The position numbers and the translations under genes were made by a program. DNA of 50,643 nucleotides from Thermovirgaceae bacterium (GTDB lineage: Bacteria > Synergistota > Synergistia > Synergistales > Thermovirgaceae), in contig JBKHBH010000006.1 in the NCBI GenBank assembly GCA_046542505.1, positions 1-50,643 of the forward strand. Reading direction: 5' to 3'. Under the pieces are notes generated by a model. It searched no databases, was not told the DNA's origin, and worked only from the letters and a program-made list of their open reading frames with translations. Below are positions 17,713 through 26,510 of this stretch, in pieces; position 1 is the first letter of the stretch, and each line of letters starts with the position of its first letter.

Positions 17713-20004
17713 TCAACGGCCAGGTTTCGTCTTTGTCATCTCTTTTCCGGCCTTGGAAACATATAACCGCTGGTCGGCCCTTTCCATGACGGCCTTGAGG
17801 CTGATCCCGTCTTCGGGGAAAGAAGCGACGCCATAATCAAGTCCTACGGAGACTGAAGGCGGGACCCCCTGCAACGCGGTAATTCCGAGGTTTCCACTCA
17901 GGCGCTCGAGAAGCCTTTCCGCTTCATCGCGTCCCGTCGCGGGCAGCAAGATGAGGAACTCGTCCCCGCCATACCTGGCGACCACGTCGCAATCGCGTGA
18001 GAACCCGTCAAGGAAGGATCCGACACCCCTCAGGACCGTATCCCCCATGGCATGGCCCAGCCTGTCATTGACGTCCTTGAAATCGGCAAGATCAATCATG
18101 GCCACTGAAAAAGCTCCCCCGTATCGCGCGACCCTCTCCGATTCGTCCTGCACCCGCGTAAAAATGTACCGCCGGTTCCAGAGTCCCGTGAGCTCGTCAA
18201 CCAAAGCCTGCGTTTCAAGCCGGCCGATCAGCTCGTGTATTCTCCATATGGCGGCCAGGTGTGCCGAGAGAATGCGGTAGACTTCCTTGTCCTGTGATGA
18301 GAAGGGTTTTTCATCTCCTACGGAGAGGACTCCCATGACCCTGTCTCCATGAATGATGGGAACGTCAAGCTGGGAAACTATTCTTTTGTGAAGGGGAACG
18401 TATTCCGCAGCCTTGCTTACGTCGGAAACGTGGGAAATTTCCCCTTTGACCGCAACCCTGGCGACGAGCCCTCCTCCGCTTTCGGCCAAAAATTCTGTAA
18501 GCCCCTCGAGCTCGTCCGTTTCATGCAGGCTCGAGGCGAGAAACTTCATCCGCGGCAGGCTGCTTCCGGGGAGCTTTCCTTCGGGGACAAAAACCGCCAC
18601 CGCCTGGTAGCCCATCGTTTCCGTAAGGGACCGAACCACCTTCTCGGCCATGGAGTTCAGGTCAGGTGCCGTGGCCGCCCCTCGGGTCACCTCATGCAGG
18701 AGCCGCATCCGTTCATATCCTTTGTCCAGCTGCCTGAGAATCTGCTTGTTTTCCAGCTCCGCCGCCATGTGAAGGCCTATCAGGTCCAAAAGCTCCAGAT
18801 CGCTCTGGGTAAAGGCGTTCCCTCTGAAGGCGTCGGCGACGATGAAGCCCTGAAGCCGCCCGCCGAAAGCCACGGGGACAATGAGTTCGGAAAGAACCCT
18901 CGGGTCATCGTCGTGAAAATGCGGGTCAGCTTCGGCATCATTTGTCAGGTAGGGTTCACCTGTTTCGATGATGTGGCTGATGATCCCCTGATTCTGGTCC
19001 AGAAGGATCTTCATGAGGTCCGGGTTCAGCGGCCTGGTGGAGGCAACGGGCCTGAATGGATGTCCTTCACTTTCCCTGATATGAATGGATACCTCACCAA
19101 GCCGGAATTTTTTGTGTACCGTTTCGACAACTGCATCGAAAAGCTCGTTCAAGGTCGCAGCAGTCGACATGCGGTGAAAGAGATCGAGGACAAGGCGCTG
19201 CATGCCCGCAAGGCTCTGCTGCTGTCTGTACCGGATGTCGAGGTCCTCGTTGGCCAGCATGTGTCCCAGAATCTGTCCTAGGATCCCCGCCAAAAGGGTC
19301 ACGAGACGGACTTCTTCGGAAGTGAACTTCCGTGGCCGACGCGACTCGATATTGAGCACTCCATGAACCATTCCCTCCCACTCGACGGGAACACACAGTT
19401 CCGAGCGCATGCCGGGGATACCGGCAATAAAGTCAGGATCTTTTTTCACGTCATCGATGCACTCGGATTTCCCCGAAAGGTAAACCCGCCAACTGACCCC
19501 CTTCCCTCTCTGAAGGGATGTCAGGGCCGCGGGAATGCCGCTTTGGCCTTTCAGGACAAGCCGGTCCCGCCCGGGATCATAAAGCAGTGCCGCCGCGAGA
19601 TCATACCTTTTCAGTCGACCGATGAATTCCGTAGCGAGCCCGCAGGCTTCTCCGGGAGTCTGGGCACGGCCCAGTTCCCTGACATACTCCAGCACCGAAA
19701 GGTGCTCCTTCTCGATGCGGTTTCCGGTGAACCAAACAAAAAGAGCAAGGCCGCCATTGGCTGCAAGAAAGGCGGCAAAGGCCGCGGGCATGTCTCGAAA
19801 GAGGGGGAAATACAGGGGGCTGCAAAAAAAGAGAAGGATCATGTAAGAGGCAAGGGACCTTCGTGATGCCTTGAAAACCGAAATAAGGGAAAGAACGGTC
19901 ACCGAAAGGGAAAACAGGCCCCCAGTCCACCAGAAGGAGCCTTCAACAATCGACGAAACTGCGACGAGCAGCACCAAAACCCCCGTCGAGGCAAACTCTT
20001 TCAC
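17713..20004 (-). CDS. Membrane-anchored triple-GAF GGDEF diguanylate cyclase
   Basis: N-terminal TM segments; three GAF units (SELCVPV, SELIVPV, SQLDVPI); DELTGLWNRR, DLADFKDVNDRLGHAMGD, RYGGDEF. Confidence 0.92.
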   Translation of the reverse strand: MKEFASTGVLVLLVAVSSIVEGSFWWTGGLFSLSVTVLSLISVFKASRRSLASYMILLFFCSPLYFPLFRDMPAAFAAFLAANGGLALFVWFTGNRIEKEHLSVLEYVRELGRAQTPGEACGLATEFIGRLKRYDLAAALLYDPGRDRLVLKGQSGIPAALTSLQRGKGVSWRVYLSGKSECIDDVKKDPDFIAGIPGMRSELCVPVEWEGMVHGVLNIESRRPRKFTSEEVRLVTLLAGILGQILGHMLANEDLDIRYRQQQSLAGMQRLVLDLFHRMSTAATLNELFDAVVETVHKKFRLGEVSIHIRESEGHPFRPVASTRPLNPDLMKILLDQNQGIISHIIETGEPYLTNDAEADPHFHDDDPRVLSELIVPVAFGGRLQGFIVADAFRGNAFTQSDLELLDLIGLHMAAELENKQILRQLDKGYERMRLLHEVTRGAATAPDLNSMAEKVVRSLTETMGYQAVAVFVPEGKLPGSSLPRMKFLASSLHETDELEGLTEFLAESGGGLVARVAVKGEISHVSDVSKAAEYVPLHKRIVSQLDVPIIHGDRVMGVLSVGDEKPFSSQDKEVYRILSAHLAAIWRIHELIGRLETQALVDELTGLWNRRYIFTRVQDESERVARYGGAFSVAMIDLADFKDVNDRLGHAMGDTVLRGVGSFLDGFSRDCDVVARYGGDEFLILLPATGRDEAERLLERLSGNLGITALQGVPPSVSVGLDYGVASFPEDGISLKAVMERADQRLYVSKAGKEMTKTKPGR

Positions 20005-20220
20005 AGGCGCATCACCTTCAGGAAAGGAGTTAAAATTAAAAAATTGTAAATTTTTTTAGATCCGGTTATCCTCTTGCCTGCAATGATATGACAAAATGCT
20101 GCACCTTGCGAGCGTTTTGCAATACATGTGTTTTTTACCATAAAATGAGGCAAACTGGCCTTTAAAGCCGGACAAGGGTTTACTGCGATGAAAAATCATT
20201 TTTCGAAAAAAGGTGAGGTC

Positions 20221-21249
20221 ATGACATCCATTACCGTTCTCGGGGCGGGAAGCTGGGGCACCGCTCTCGCCGACCATCTCTGCCGGGCGGGCTGCCATGT
20301 AACTCTCTGGTGTCGGAGGGCTGAACAGGCCAGATCCATCAACATGACCGGACAAAACCCCGATTATCTTTCCGACATAGATCTCGCCGCCGGGCTCACG
20401 GCCACGGCGAATCTCGAGGAAGCTGCGAGCCTGGGAGAGCGATTCGTCATGGCCGTTCCGACCCAGCAGGTACGCCCATTCCTTTCGCGCGCCCGGGAGA
20501 TTCTGCCGCCTGAATGCCCGCTCTGCAACGTGGCGAAGGGGATCGAAATTTCCACGGGCTACAGGATCAGCCAGATAGTTGATTCCGTGATGCCCGGGGC
20601 AAGATACACCGTTCTCTCCGGGCCCAGCCACGCTGAAGAAGTGGCCCGAATGAAACCGACGGCCGTCGTCGCCGCTTCCCGTTTTCCGGAGGAAGCCCGC
20701 ACCTGGCAGGAAATCTTCACGGCCCGTTACTTCCGGGTCTACACGAGCGATGACGTCACGGGCGTCGAAACAGGCGGCGCCGTCAAGAATGTCATCGCCG
20801 TGGCTGCCGGCATAGCCGCGGCCATGGGGCTTGGAGACAACGCCATGGCGGCGCTTGTCAGCCGCGGTCTCGCGGAAGTCATGCGGTTCGGGGCGAAAAC
20901 GGGAGCCCATCCGCTTACACTGGCCGGGCTTGCGGGTATCGGCGACCTCATGGTCACCTGCTACAGCGACCTCTCCCGGAACTACAGGCTCGGGAAAGCC
21001 ATCGGCAGCGGTACCAGGCCAAAAAAAGCCCGGGAGGAGCTCGGCCAGGTGGCGGAGGGATTCTACACCGTAGCCGCCCTTGTGGAGCAGGCCAAAAAGC
21101 TCGGCGTGGAACTTCCCATCACCGAGGCGGTCTATCGAATCCTCTATGAAGAGAAATCCCCGGCACAGGCTGTGGACGACCTTTTTTCCAGGGATCTTAA
21201 ATCGGAAGTTTCCCCCGAGATCCTCTGGGAACAAGGACAAAAGGGCTGA
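20221..21249 (+). CDS. gpsA: NAD(P)H-dependent glycerol-3-phosphate dehydrogenase
   Basis: GAGSWGTALA, AKGIE, LSGPSHAEEV, GGAVKNVIA, LAGIGDLMVTCYS..SRN, VAEG. Confidence 0.96.
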   Translation: MTSITVLGAGSWGTALADHLCRAGCHVTLWCRRAEQARSINMTGQNPDYLSDIDLAAGLTATANLEEAASLGERFVMAVPTQQVRPFLSRAREILPPECPLCNVAKGIEISTGYRISQIVDSVMPGARYTVLSGPSHAEEVARMKPTAVVAASRFPEEARTWQEIFTARYFRVYTSDDVTGVETGGAVKNVIAVAAGIAAAMGLGDNAMAALVSRGLAEVMRFGAKTGAHPLTLAGLAGIGDLMVTCYSDLSRNYRLGKAIGSGTRPKKAREELGQVAEGFYTVAALVEQAKKLGVELPITEAVYRILYEEKSPAQAVDDLFSRDLKSEVSPEILWEQGQKG

Positions 21250-21266
21250 GAAAAAGGACAAGAAAA

Positions 21267-22322
21267 TCAGCGGGAAAGAGCCCGAAGCGCTTTGGCGATC
21301 TTCCGGGATCCGGCGTCGAGAGGGAATTCATCCAGCGATGACAAGGGAACCCAGTGGCACATGTCACCGTCCGGCCGTTGCCCCTCGCGTGCGCGGCAGC
21401 GCAGGGCGTGAAGGGTGACCCTTTTGTTCATGTATGAGTGAGTGACGACACCAAGATCTTCACAGGGTATCACTTCCATGCCACAGAGAGCGGCCGCGGC
21501 GCGGCCTGCCACCTGCGCCGCCGTTTCATCCCCGCTGAATTCACCTGCAGGAAAACCCCACAGGCCTCCCCAGGAACCCACAGGCGGTCTGCGATACAGG
21601 AGGACACCCTTTTGTGAAAAGACTACGGCCGCGGCTGCAAGGGTCTGGACAATGGTTTTCCCCTTCTCTTTCACGGGCCTCAAAGACTGGTTCCCTTTTC
21701 TGTACGCCTGACAATCCTCCACGAGAGGGCATTCCCTGCACTCGGGGGCTCGGGCCCGGCAGATAAGCGCACCCAGTTCCATGACCGCCTGGGTGACCTC
21801 CCCCGGCGGCCCGTTTACAAGAAGCCTTTTCGCCGCTTCTTCCAGGCGCTTTCGTCCGCCCGGAGTATCCGGCGGCTCAAAGACATCCTCAAACCTAGCA
21901 TAAACCCTGGCGGCGTTGGCATCCACGGCAGGTTCCACCTCGTCGAAGGCGATGCACATGACAGCGGCCGATGTGTAGGGGCCTATTCCCGGCAGTTTCA
22001 TCAGTTCCCTGCGGTTTCGCGGGAGTTTTCCCCCGTACCGTTCACAGACAAGAGTCGCCAGGGAGTGTAGATTCCTGGCCCTGGCATAGTAACCAAGCCC
22101 TTCCCAGTGCACCAGAACATCCTCAAGGGGCGCCCCGGCAAGGGACAAGAAGTCCGGAAACCGCTTCATCCACCGTTCGTAAAAGGGGATGACCCTGTCC
22201 ACCTGGGTCTGCTGAAGCATGATCTCCGAAACCAGGGTCCCGTAGGGTGAAGCACCCCTTCGCCAGGGAAGGTCCCGCTTGTTTTTTTCGTACCAAGCGA
22301 GCAGTAAGCCTGCAGCAGTCAT
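21267..22322 (-). CDS. mutY: A/G-specific adenine glycosylase
   Basis: RDLPWR, VSEIMLQQTQV, WEGLGYYARARNLH, LPGIGPYT, AVDAN, Fe-S motif C-x6-C-x2-C-x5-C, C-terminal NUDIX-like domain. Confidence 0.95.
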   Translation of the reverse strand: MTAAGLLLAWYEKNKRDLPWRRGASPYGTLVSEIMLQQTQVDRVIPFYERWMKRFPDFLSLAGAPLEDVLVHWEGLGYYARARNLHSLATLVCERYGGKLPRNRRELMKLPGIGPYTSAAVMCIAFDEVEPAVDANAARVYARFEDVFEPPDTPGGRKRLEEAAKRLLVNGPPGEVTQAVMELGALICRARAPECRECPLVEDCQAYRKGNQSLRPVKEKGKTIVQTLAAAAVVFSQKGVLLYRRPPVGSWGGLWGFPAGEFSGDETAAQVAGRAAAALCGMEVIPCEDLGVVTHSYMNKRVTLHALRCRAREGQRPDGDMCHWVPLSSLDEFPLDAGSRKIAKALRALSR

Positions 22323-22798
22323 GTCCTCAGGACGTCAAGGCTGTCTTTCGTCACCACTGGCGACTTGTGACAGTGAACAAGTTTCCAGTTCGGATCGTCA
22401 TCGGTCCCGAAGTTGTGGTACACACGGGTTTCGTTATGGCTTTTGTGCACCAGCTTCTCCGGGAGCACGGCACGAACCATGAAGGTGAAGGAAACGATGG
22501 CCGTCTTGTCGTAGATCTGCACCCTGGGCTGAAGGATCTCGTGCTCGAAAAGATGTTCCGACTCCTCGAGGGGGTCGAGGCTTCCCTCAAGGACCTGGCG
22601 ATGAACGCTGAGCTCGCGGATATGAAAGTCCAGCCCGTCTATTCTGTGAGGGCAAATATACCACTCGAAAAAGGAACAGTCCGCCGCCGTGGTCGCCTGA
22701 TAGGTCGAAACGTCACCATCCCAGATGCTCTGTATCTGCCTGTTGAGCAGTTCCAGTATGACCCTTTCCGTCGCCTCCGTACTCGGCTTCTCCGCCAT
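22319..22798 (-). CDS. NTF2-like protein resembling the CaMKII association (hub) domain / DUF4440
   Basis: SIWDGDVSTY, SFFE, IDGLDFH, ILQPRVQI, NETRVYH, WKLVHCHKS; start at ATG 22798 after AGGAGG. Confidence 0.75.
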   Translation of the reverse strand: MAEKPSTEATERVILELLNRQIQSIWDGDVSTYQATTAADCSFFEWYICPHRIDGLDFHIRELSVHRQVLEGSLDPLEESEHLFEHEILQPRVQIYDKTAIVSFTFMVRAVLPEKLVHKSHNETRVYHNFGTDDDPNWKLVHCHKSPVVTKDSLDVLRT

Positions 22799-22945
22799 GG
22801 ACGATTCCTCCTTTTGGATGGTAGGGGTATTATATCCCATGGTCACGGAGGCATCGATGTTGTTCACCCGATTTTTATGCGCTACAATGTGATTTGCGTT
22901 GCAGTTTGAAAGCATCCGTGAAATTTGTGCCAAGGAGGGACCAAC

Positions 22946-23119
22946 ATGGCAAAAGCAGTCGTTGACAAGGATACTTGCGTTGGATGCGAGGCGTGCGTCG
23001 GAACGTGCCCCGTCTCGGCTATCAGCATGGTTGACGGCAAGGCCGAAGTCGATCCCGACACCTGCGTCGAATGCGGCGCCTGTGTCGCTGTCTGCCCCGT
23101 CAACGCGATCTCCCAGTAA
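22946..23119 (+). CDS. 2x[4Fe-4S] ferredoxin
   Basis: Two CxxCxxCxxxCP motifs in 57 aa; AAGGAGG RBS. Confidence 0.95.
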   Translation: MAKAVVDKDTCVGCEACVGTCPVSAISMVDGKAEVDPDTCVECGACVAVCPVNAISQ

Positions 23120-23132
23120 GTCTTTTTTTCCA

Positions 23133-23170
23133 ACAGGAAGGGCCGGTTCCGCGGAACCGGCCCTTCCTGT
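23133..23170. terminator. Perfect 38-bp palindrome downstream of the ferredoxin gene (terminator or REP-like hairpin)
   Basis: ACAGGAAGGGCCGGTTCCGCGGAACCGGCCCTTCCTGT equals its own reverse complement. Confidence 0.6.
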
Positions 23171-23244
23171 ATCCGACGCCGATTCTCGTAAAGGAGCGTC
23201 CCCGACGCCTTTTTTGGGCCGCCGCAGGGCGAAAGGGGAAAAAG

Positions 23245-24537
23245 ATGCTGACTCCCGGTATCACAAACGCAGTTGAAATCATGAAAAGTCTTTCCGTATC
23301 GGGATTTTCCGCCTTCATCGTCGGGGGCGCAGTGAGGGATATTCTGTTGTGCCAGGAGCCGGCGGACATCGATATCGCGACCACGGCATCGCTGGAACAG
23401 GTTTGCGCCCTGTGGCCAGAGGCCCATATCGTGGGAAAACCCGGTTCAAAGTCAGCCGTGCTTCCTTTTGCCGAAAGAGTCTTCGATGTCGTTTCCTTTG
23501 CAGAAGGGGACCTTTCCGGGGAACTGCTCCGGCGGGATTTCACCATAAACGCCATGGCGCTTTCCGCCTCGGGAGAACTCCATGACCCATGGGGGGGAGT
23601 CAAAGATCTTGCCCATGGCCTCGTCAAAGCCACGGGGAGAGCGAAGGACCGACTTGCCGAAGACCCGCTGCGGGCTCTGAGGGCCGCACGTCTTGTCGCC
23701 GGATTCTCACGTTTTCGAATAGACATGGCTACAGCCAGCTCCTGCAGACAGGCGGCACCCGCGTTGAAGGGCACGGCACCAGAACGTACCGGCAAAGAAG
23801 TCTTGAAGGCCCTCCGTGACGGGCCTTCCCGCTTTCTCGCGGAACTGGAAAGCCTGAATCTTGTTGAAGCCGCCCTGCCGTTTCTCGCGGACCTTCGGGG
23901 AGTTCAACAGGACGAAAGACTCCATCCGGAAGGCGATGCCTATACCCATACCCTGGCATGCTGCGAAATCATGGAGGATTTTTCCTCCGATCCCGCCCTC
24001 CGGGCGGCGGCGCTCTTGCATGACATCGGGAAGAAAAAATGCGCCCGGAATATTTCGGAGGGGATATCCTTCAAGGGCCATGAAGAAACCGGTGCCGAAA
24101 TGGTCGGCGACATCATGAGGCGGTGGGCCTGGCCAAAAGGCCTGGCCAAGGATATCACCCGACTTGTCAGATGGCACAGCCTCCCGTCGGGGGAAACTGA
24201 TCCGCAGTCAATCCGCCGCCTGCTCGAACAGTATGGCAGCTTTTGGATGAACAGGCTTTTTTTGCTCTGTAAGGCAGACCTTCTGGCAGGATCCGGTAAC
24301 CTTGCGAAATGGCACGAAAACCGCCGGCTCGCCGTCGGCACCGCCTTTCGCCTCGCAGGCTCCCGATCACCTCTTGACGGGAAGGATGTCATGGAAATTC
24401 TCGGAATCGAAGAAGGCCCCATGGTAGGCAGGGCCCTCTCGGCTCTCGCCGTCGAGATGGAACAAAAGGGCCCCATGAACACCGAAGAAGCTGCGGATTT
24501 TCTCAGCCACTGGTTCCTTGAAGACAAAGCCCCGTGA
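23245..24537 (+). CDS. cca: Class II tRNA nucleotidyltransferase with HD domain (probably CC-adding type)
   Basis: VGGAVRD, DIDIAT, RRDFTINAMA, EDPLRALR, APER, HPEGDAYTHT, LLHDIGK; start moved to ATG 23245. Confidence 0.85.
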   Translation: MLTPGITNAVEIMKSLSVSGFSAFIVGGAVRDILLCQEPADIDIATTASLEQVCALWPEAHIVGKPGSKSAVLPFAERVFDVVSFAEGDLSGELLRRDFTINAMALSASGELHDPWGGVKDLAHGLVKATGRAKDRLAEDPLRALRAARLVAGFSRFRIDMATASSCRQAAPALKGTAPERTGKEVLKALRDGPSRFLAELESLNLVEAALPFLADLRGVQQDERLHPEGDAYTHTLACCEIMEDFSSDPALRAAALLHDIGKKKCARNISEGISFKGHEETGAEMVGDIMRRWAWPKGLAKDITRLVRWHSLPSGETDPQSIRRLLEQYGSFWMNRLFLLCKADLLAGSGNLAKWHENRRLAVGTAFRLAGSRSPLDGKDVMEILGIEEGPMVGRALSALAVEMEQKGPMNTEEAADFLSHWFLEDKAP

Positions 24538-24550
24538 AAAAAGTCACCCT

Positions 24551-24579
24551 TTGCTTGGAAACAGGAAAGATTTTATAGT
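24551..24579 (+). promoter_or_regulatory. Sigma70-type promoter
   Basis: TTGCTT-N17-TATAGT, 50 nt upstream of the 24630 start. Confidence 0.55.
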
Positions 24580-24629
24580 ATGCTAATCTGGGAAAAAATA
24601 CGGCATTCCTGCACACGGAGGTTCAAAAG

Positions 24630-25736
24630 ATGAACAAAGCCAATGCCGACAAGCTGGAGGTTACCTTCAAGGACCGGCAGAAAATCAGGAAAATAAGCAA
24701 TTGCCTCGTTCTTTCAGCCTGGTTCGGGTCCATGTTCTTGACGGATGCCGTTTTCGGGTACTCCACCCTGAAGTTCATAGACGGGACTCTTGCCGTCGTC
24801 TATCTTTTGACGGCGCCCTTCGTTCTCATTCCCATGTCCCAAAAGACAAAACGCGCTCTTGGCGTTGTCGTCATCCTGAATCTGCTTCTCATTACATCTC
24901 TGCCCCTTTTCGCTCCATATTTAGAGATCCATCTGGAATTTCTCCTTTTGCGGCACGTGGTTTCGCTGCTTTTTGCCATCCTCCTGGGCCCCTATTTCAT
25001 CAGACCCCAGAGTTTCGCATTCTTTCTGATCCTCTTCTACAATGCAGTCTGTTTCTATATCCCCATGCTCAGAAGCGGCACGGTGCAGATGACGCTGGCC
25101 TACGTCGTGATCATCTATTCCTTCACCCTTCTTTTTTCCTATTTTTTCCTGGACATTCTCAGGATGAACGTGACCCAGATTTCGCTTCTGATCAAGGCCC
25201 ACAAGCAGGCGGAAAAAATGGCCACCAAGGATACGCTGACGGACGTCTACAACAGGGGGTACTTTGACAATTTCATCAAATCCCTCGTGGAGGACGACGC
25301 CGAAAAGGTCCTTCTTTTCATTTCCCTCGACGAACACAAGAAGGTCATCGACAATCACGGCCATATGGTAGGCGACGCCTATCTCAAGAAAACGGCGGCC
25401 ATGCTGTCGGAAAAAATCAGGTCCGAAGACATGCTTGCACGATACGGCGGGGAAGAGTTCGTCATCATCCTCGACAACTCGAGCCTCGACCTTGGAAGAA
25501 CCGTGGCCAGGCGGATCCTCTCGGGCATGAGGGATGTCATGCCCGATTATCCACAGGCATCCATCGGCATCACCAAGATCATTCCCGGCATCACTTCCCA
25601 GGCCGCTCTGGTGAATGCCGATACGGCCCTTTTCAGGGCGAAGAACTCAGAGGGGCTGGCCATGGTAGACCCGGAGAACCCGCAGGTCGAACCCATTCAC
25701 TGGGAAAGTCCGACAGAACCGGAGCACCCCTTCTGA
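24630..25736 (+). CDS. Membrane GGDEF-domain protein with partly degenerate active site
   Basis: About six TM helices; DTLTDVYNR, RSED..RYGGEEF; but ISLDEHKKVIDNHGH in place of DxDxFKxxND. Confidence 0.85.
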   Translation: MNKANADKLEVTFKDRQKIRKISNCLVLSAWFGSMFLTDAVFGYSTLKFIDGTLAVVYLLTAPFVLIPMSQKTKRALGVVVILNLLLITSLPLFAPYLEIHLEFLLLRHVVSLLFAILLGPYFIRPQSFAFFLILFYNAVCFYIPMLRSGTVQMTLAYVVIIYSFTLLFSYFFLDILRMNVTQISLLIKAHKQAEKMATKDTLTDVYNRGYFDNFIKSLVEDDAEKVLLFISLDEHKKVIDNHGHMVGDAYLKKTAAMLSEKIRSEDMLARYGGEEFVIILDNSSLDLGRTVARRILSGMRDVMPDYPQASIGITKIIPGITSQAALVNADTALFRAKNSEGLAMVDPENPQVEPIHWESPTEPEHPF

Positions 25737-25922
25737 CCGGGAAAGGGCCGGGTAAGGCTCTTCAGGCTCTTATGAAAAAAGGCGGGTCAAAAATCTCCAG
25801 AACGACATGATCGCCGCACCTGCGGCCTTGAAAAGGATTCACATGCTTTTCACCTCATCCTTCCCGTCTTTTGCGTGCAAAAACCGACACGGTCCCGCCT
25901 GTCGGGGCCGATCCTGCGAAAC

Positions 25923-25956
25923 CCTGAACATTTTAAATTCCTGAACATTTTAAATT
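25923..25956. repeat. Perfect 17-bp tandem duplication
   Basis: CCTGAACATTTTAAATT twice, abutting the AAGGAGG RBS of the nitroreductase gene. Confidence 0.9.
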
Positions 25957-25971
25957 AAGGAGGAGACACTC

Positions 25972-26493
25972 ATGGAACAGGAACACAAAGCCCTCGAAAC
26001 GCTCTTGTCCAGGAGGAGCATACGCTCCTATACCGAACAGCCCCTGAACGACGCAATTTATGAGCATCTTCTGCGCTCCGCCATGGCCGCGCCTTCGGCC
26101 CACAACCAGAAGCCCTGGGAGTTCGTTATCATCGACGACCGGAAGCTGCTCGACGCGATCCCGGAATTTCATCCCTACTCAAAGATGCTCGCCGGCGCGC
26201 CTGCGGCGATCCTTGTCTGCGCAAGATCGAAGGACCTCAAGTCCGAAGAGTTCTGGCCCCAGGATTGCGCCGCCGCCACGCAGAACATCCTCCTCGCCGC
26301 GACGGCGCTCGGCATTGGATCCGTCTGGCTCGGCGTCTATCCCAAGGAAACTTTGATGAAAGGGCTCCGGGATCTGCTGAAGCTGCCCGGCGACATCATC
26401 CCCTTTTCTCTCGTTTCGCTCGGGTATCCGGCAAAGGCGAAGGACCCTTCCGACCGGTACGACCCGGCCAGGGTGCACAAAAACCGCTGGTAG
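25972..26493 (+). CDS. Nitroreductase family protein
   Basis: SRRSIRSY, AMAAPSAHNQKPWEF, QDCAAATQNILLAATALGIGSVWLG. Confidence 0.93.
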   Translation: MEQEHKALETLLSRRSIRSYTEQPLNDAIYEHLLRSAMAAPSAHNQKPWEFVIIDDRKLLDAIPEFHPYSKMLAGAPAAILVCARSKDLKSEEFWPQDCAAATQNILLAATALGIGSVWLGVYPKETLMKGLRDLLKLPGDIIPFSLVSLGYPAKAKDPSDRYDPARVHKNRW

Positions 26494-26510
26494 AACCCGC
26501 CGGCGAAAAA

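Noticed and set aside
20056..21261. 401-aa minus-strand ORF
   Set aside because: Antisense to gpsA; a typical GC-rich shadow ORF.
23071..23244. Long N-terminal extensions of the ORF-track calls for cca (and likewise 146, 22933, 26265, 33187, 42024)
   Set aside because: They overlap neighbouring genes or hairpins; downstream ATGs fit the protein families better and mostly have an RBS.
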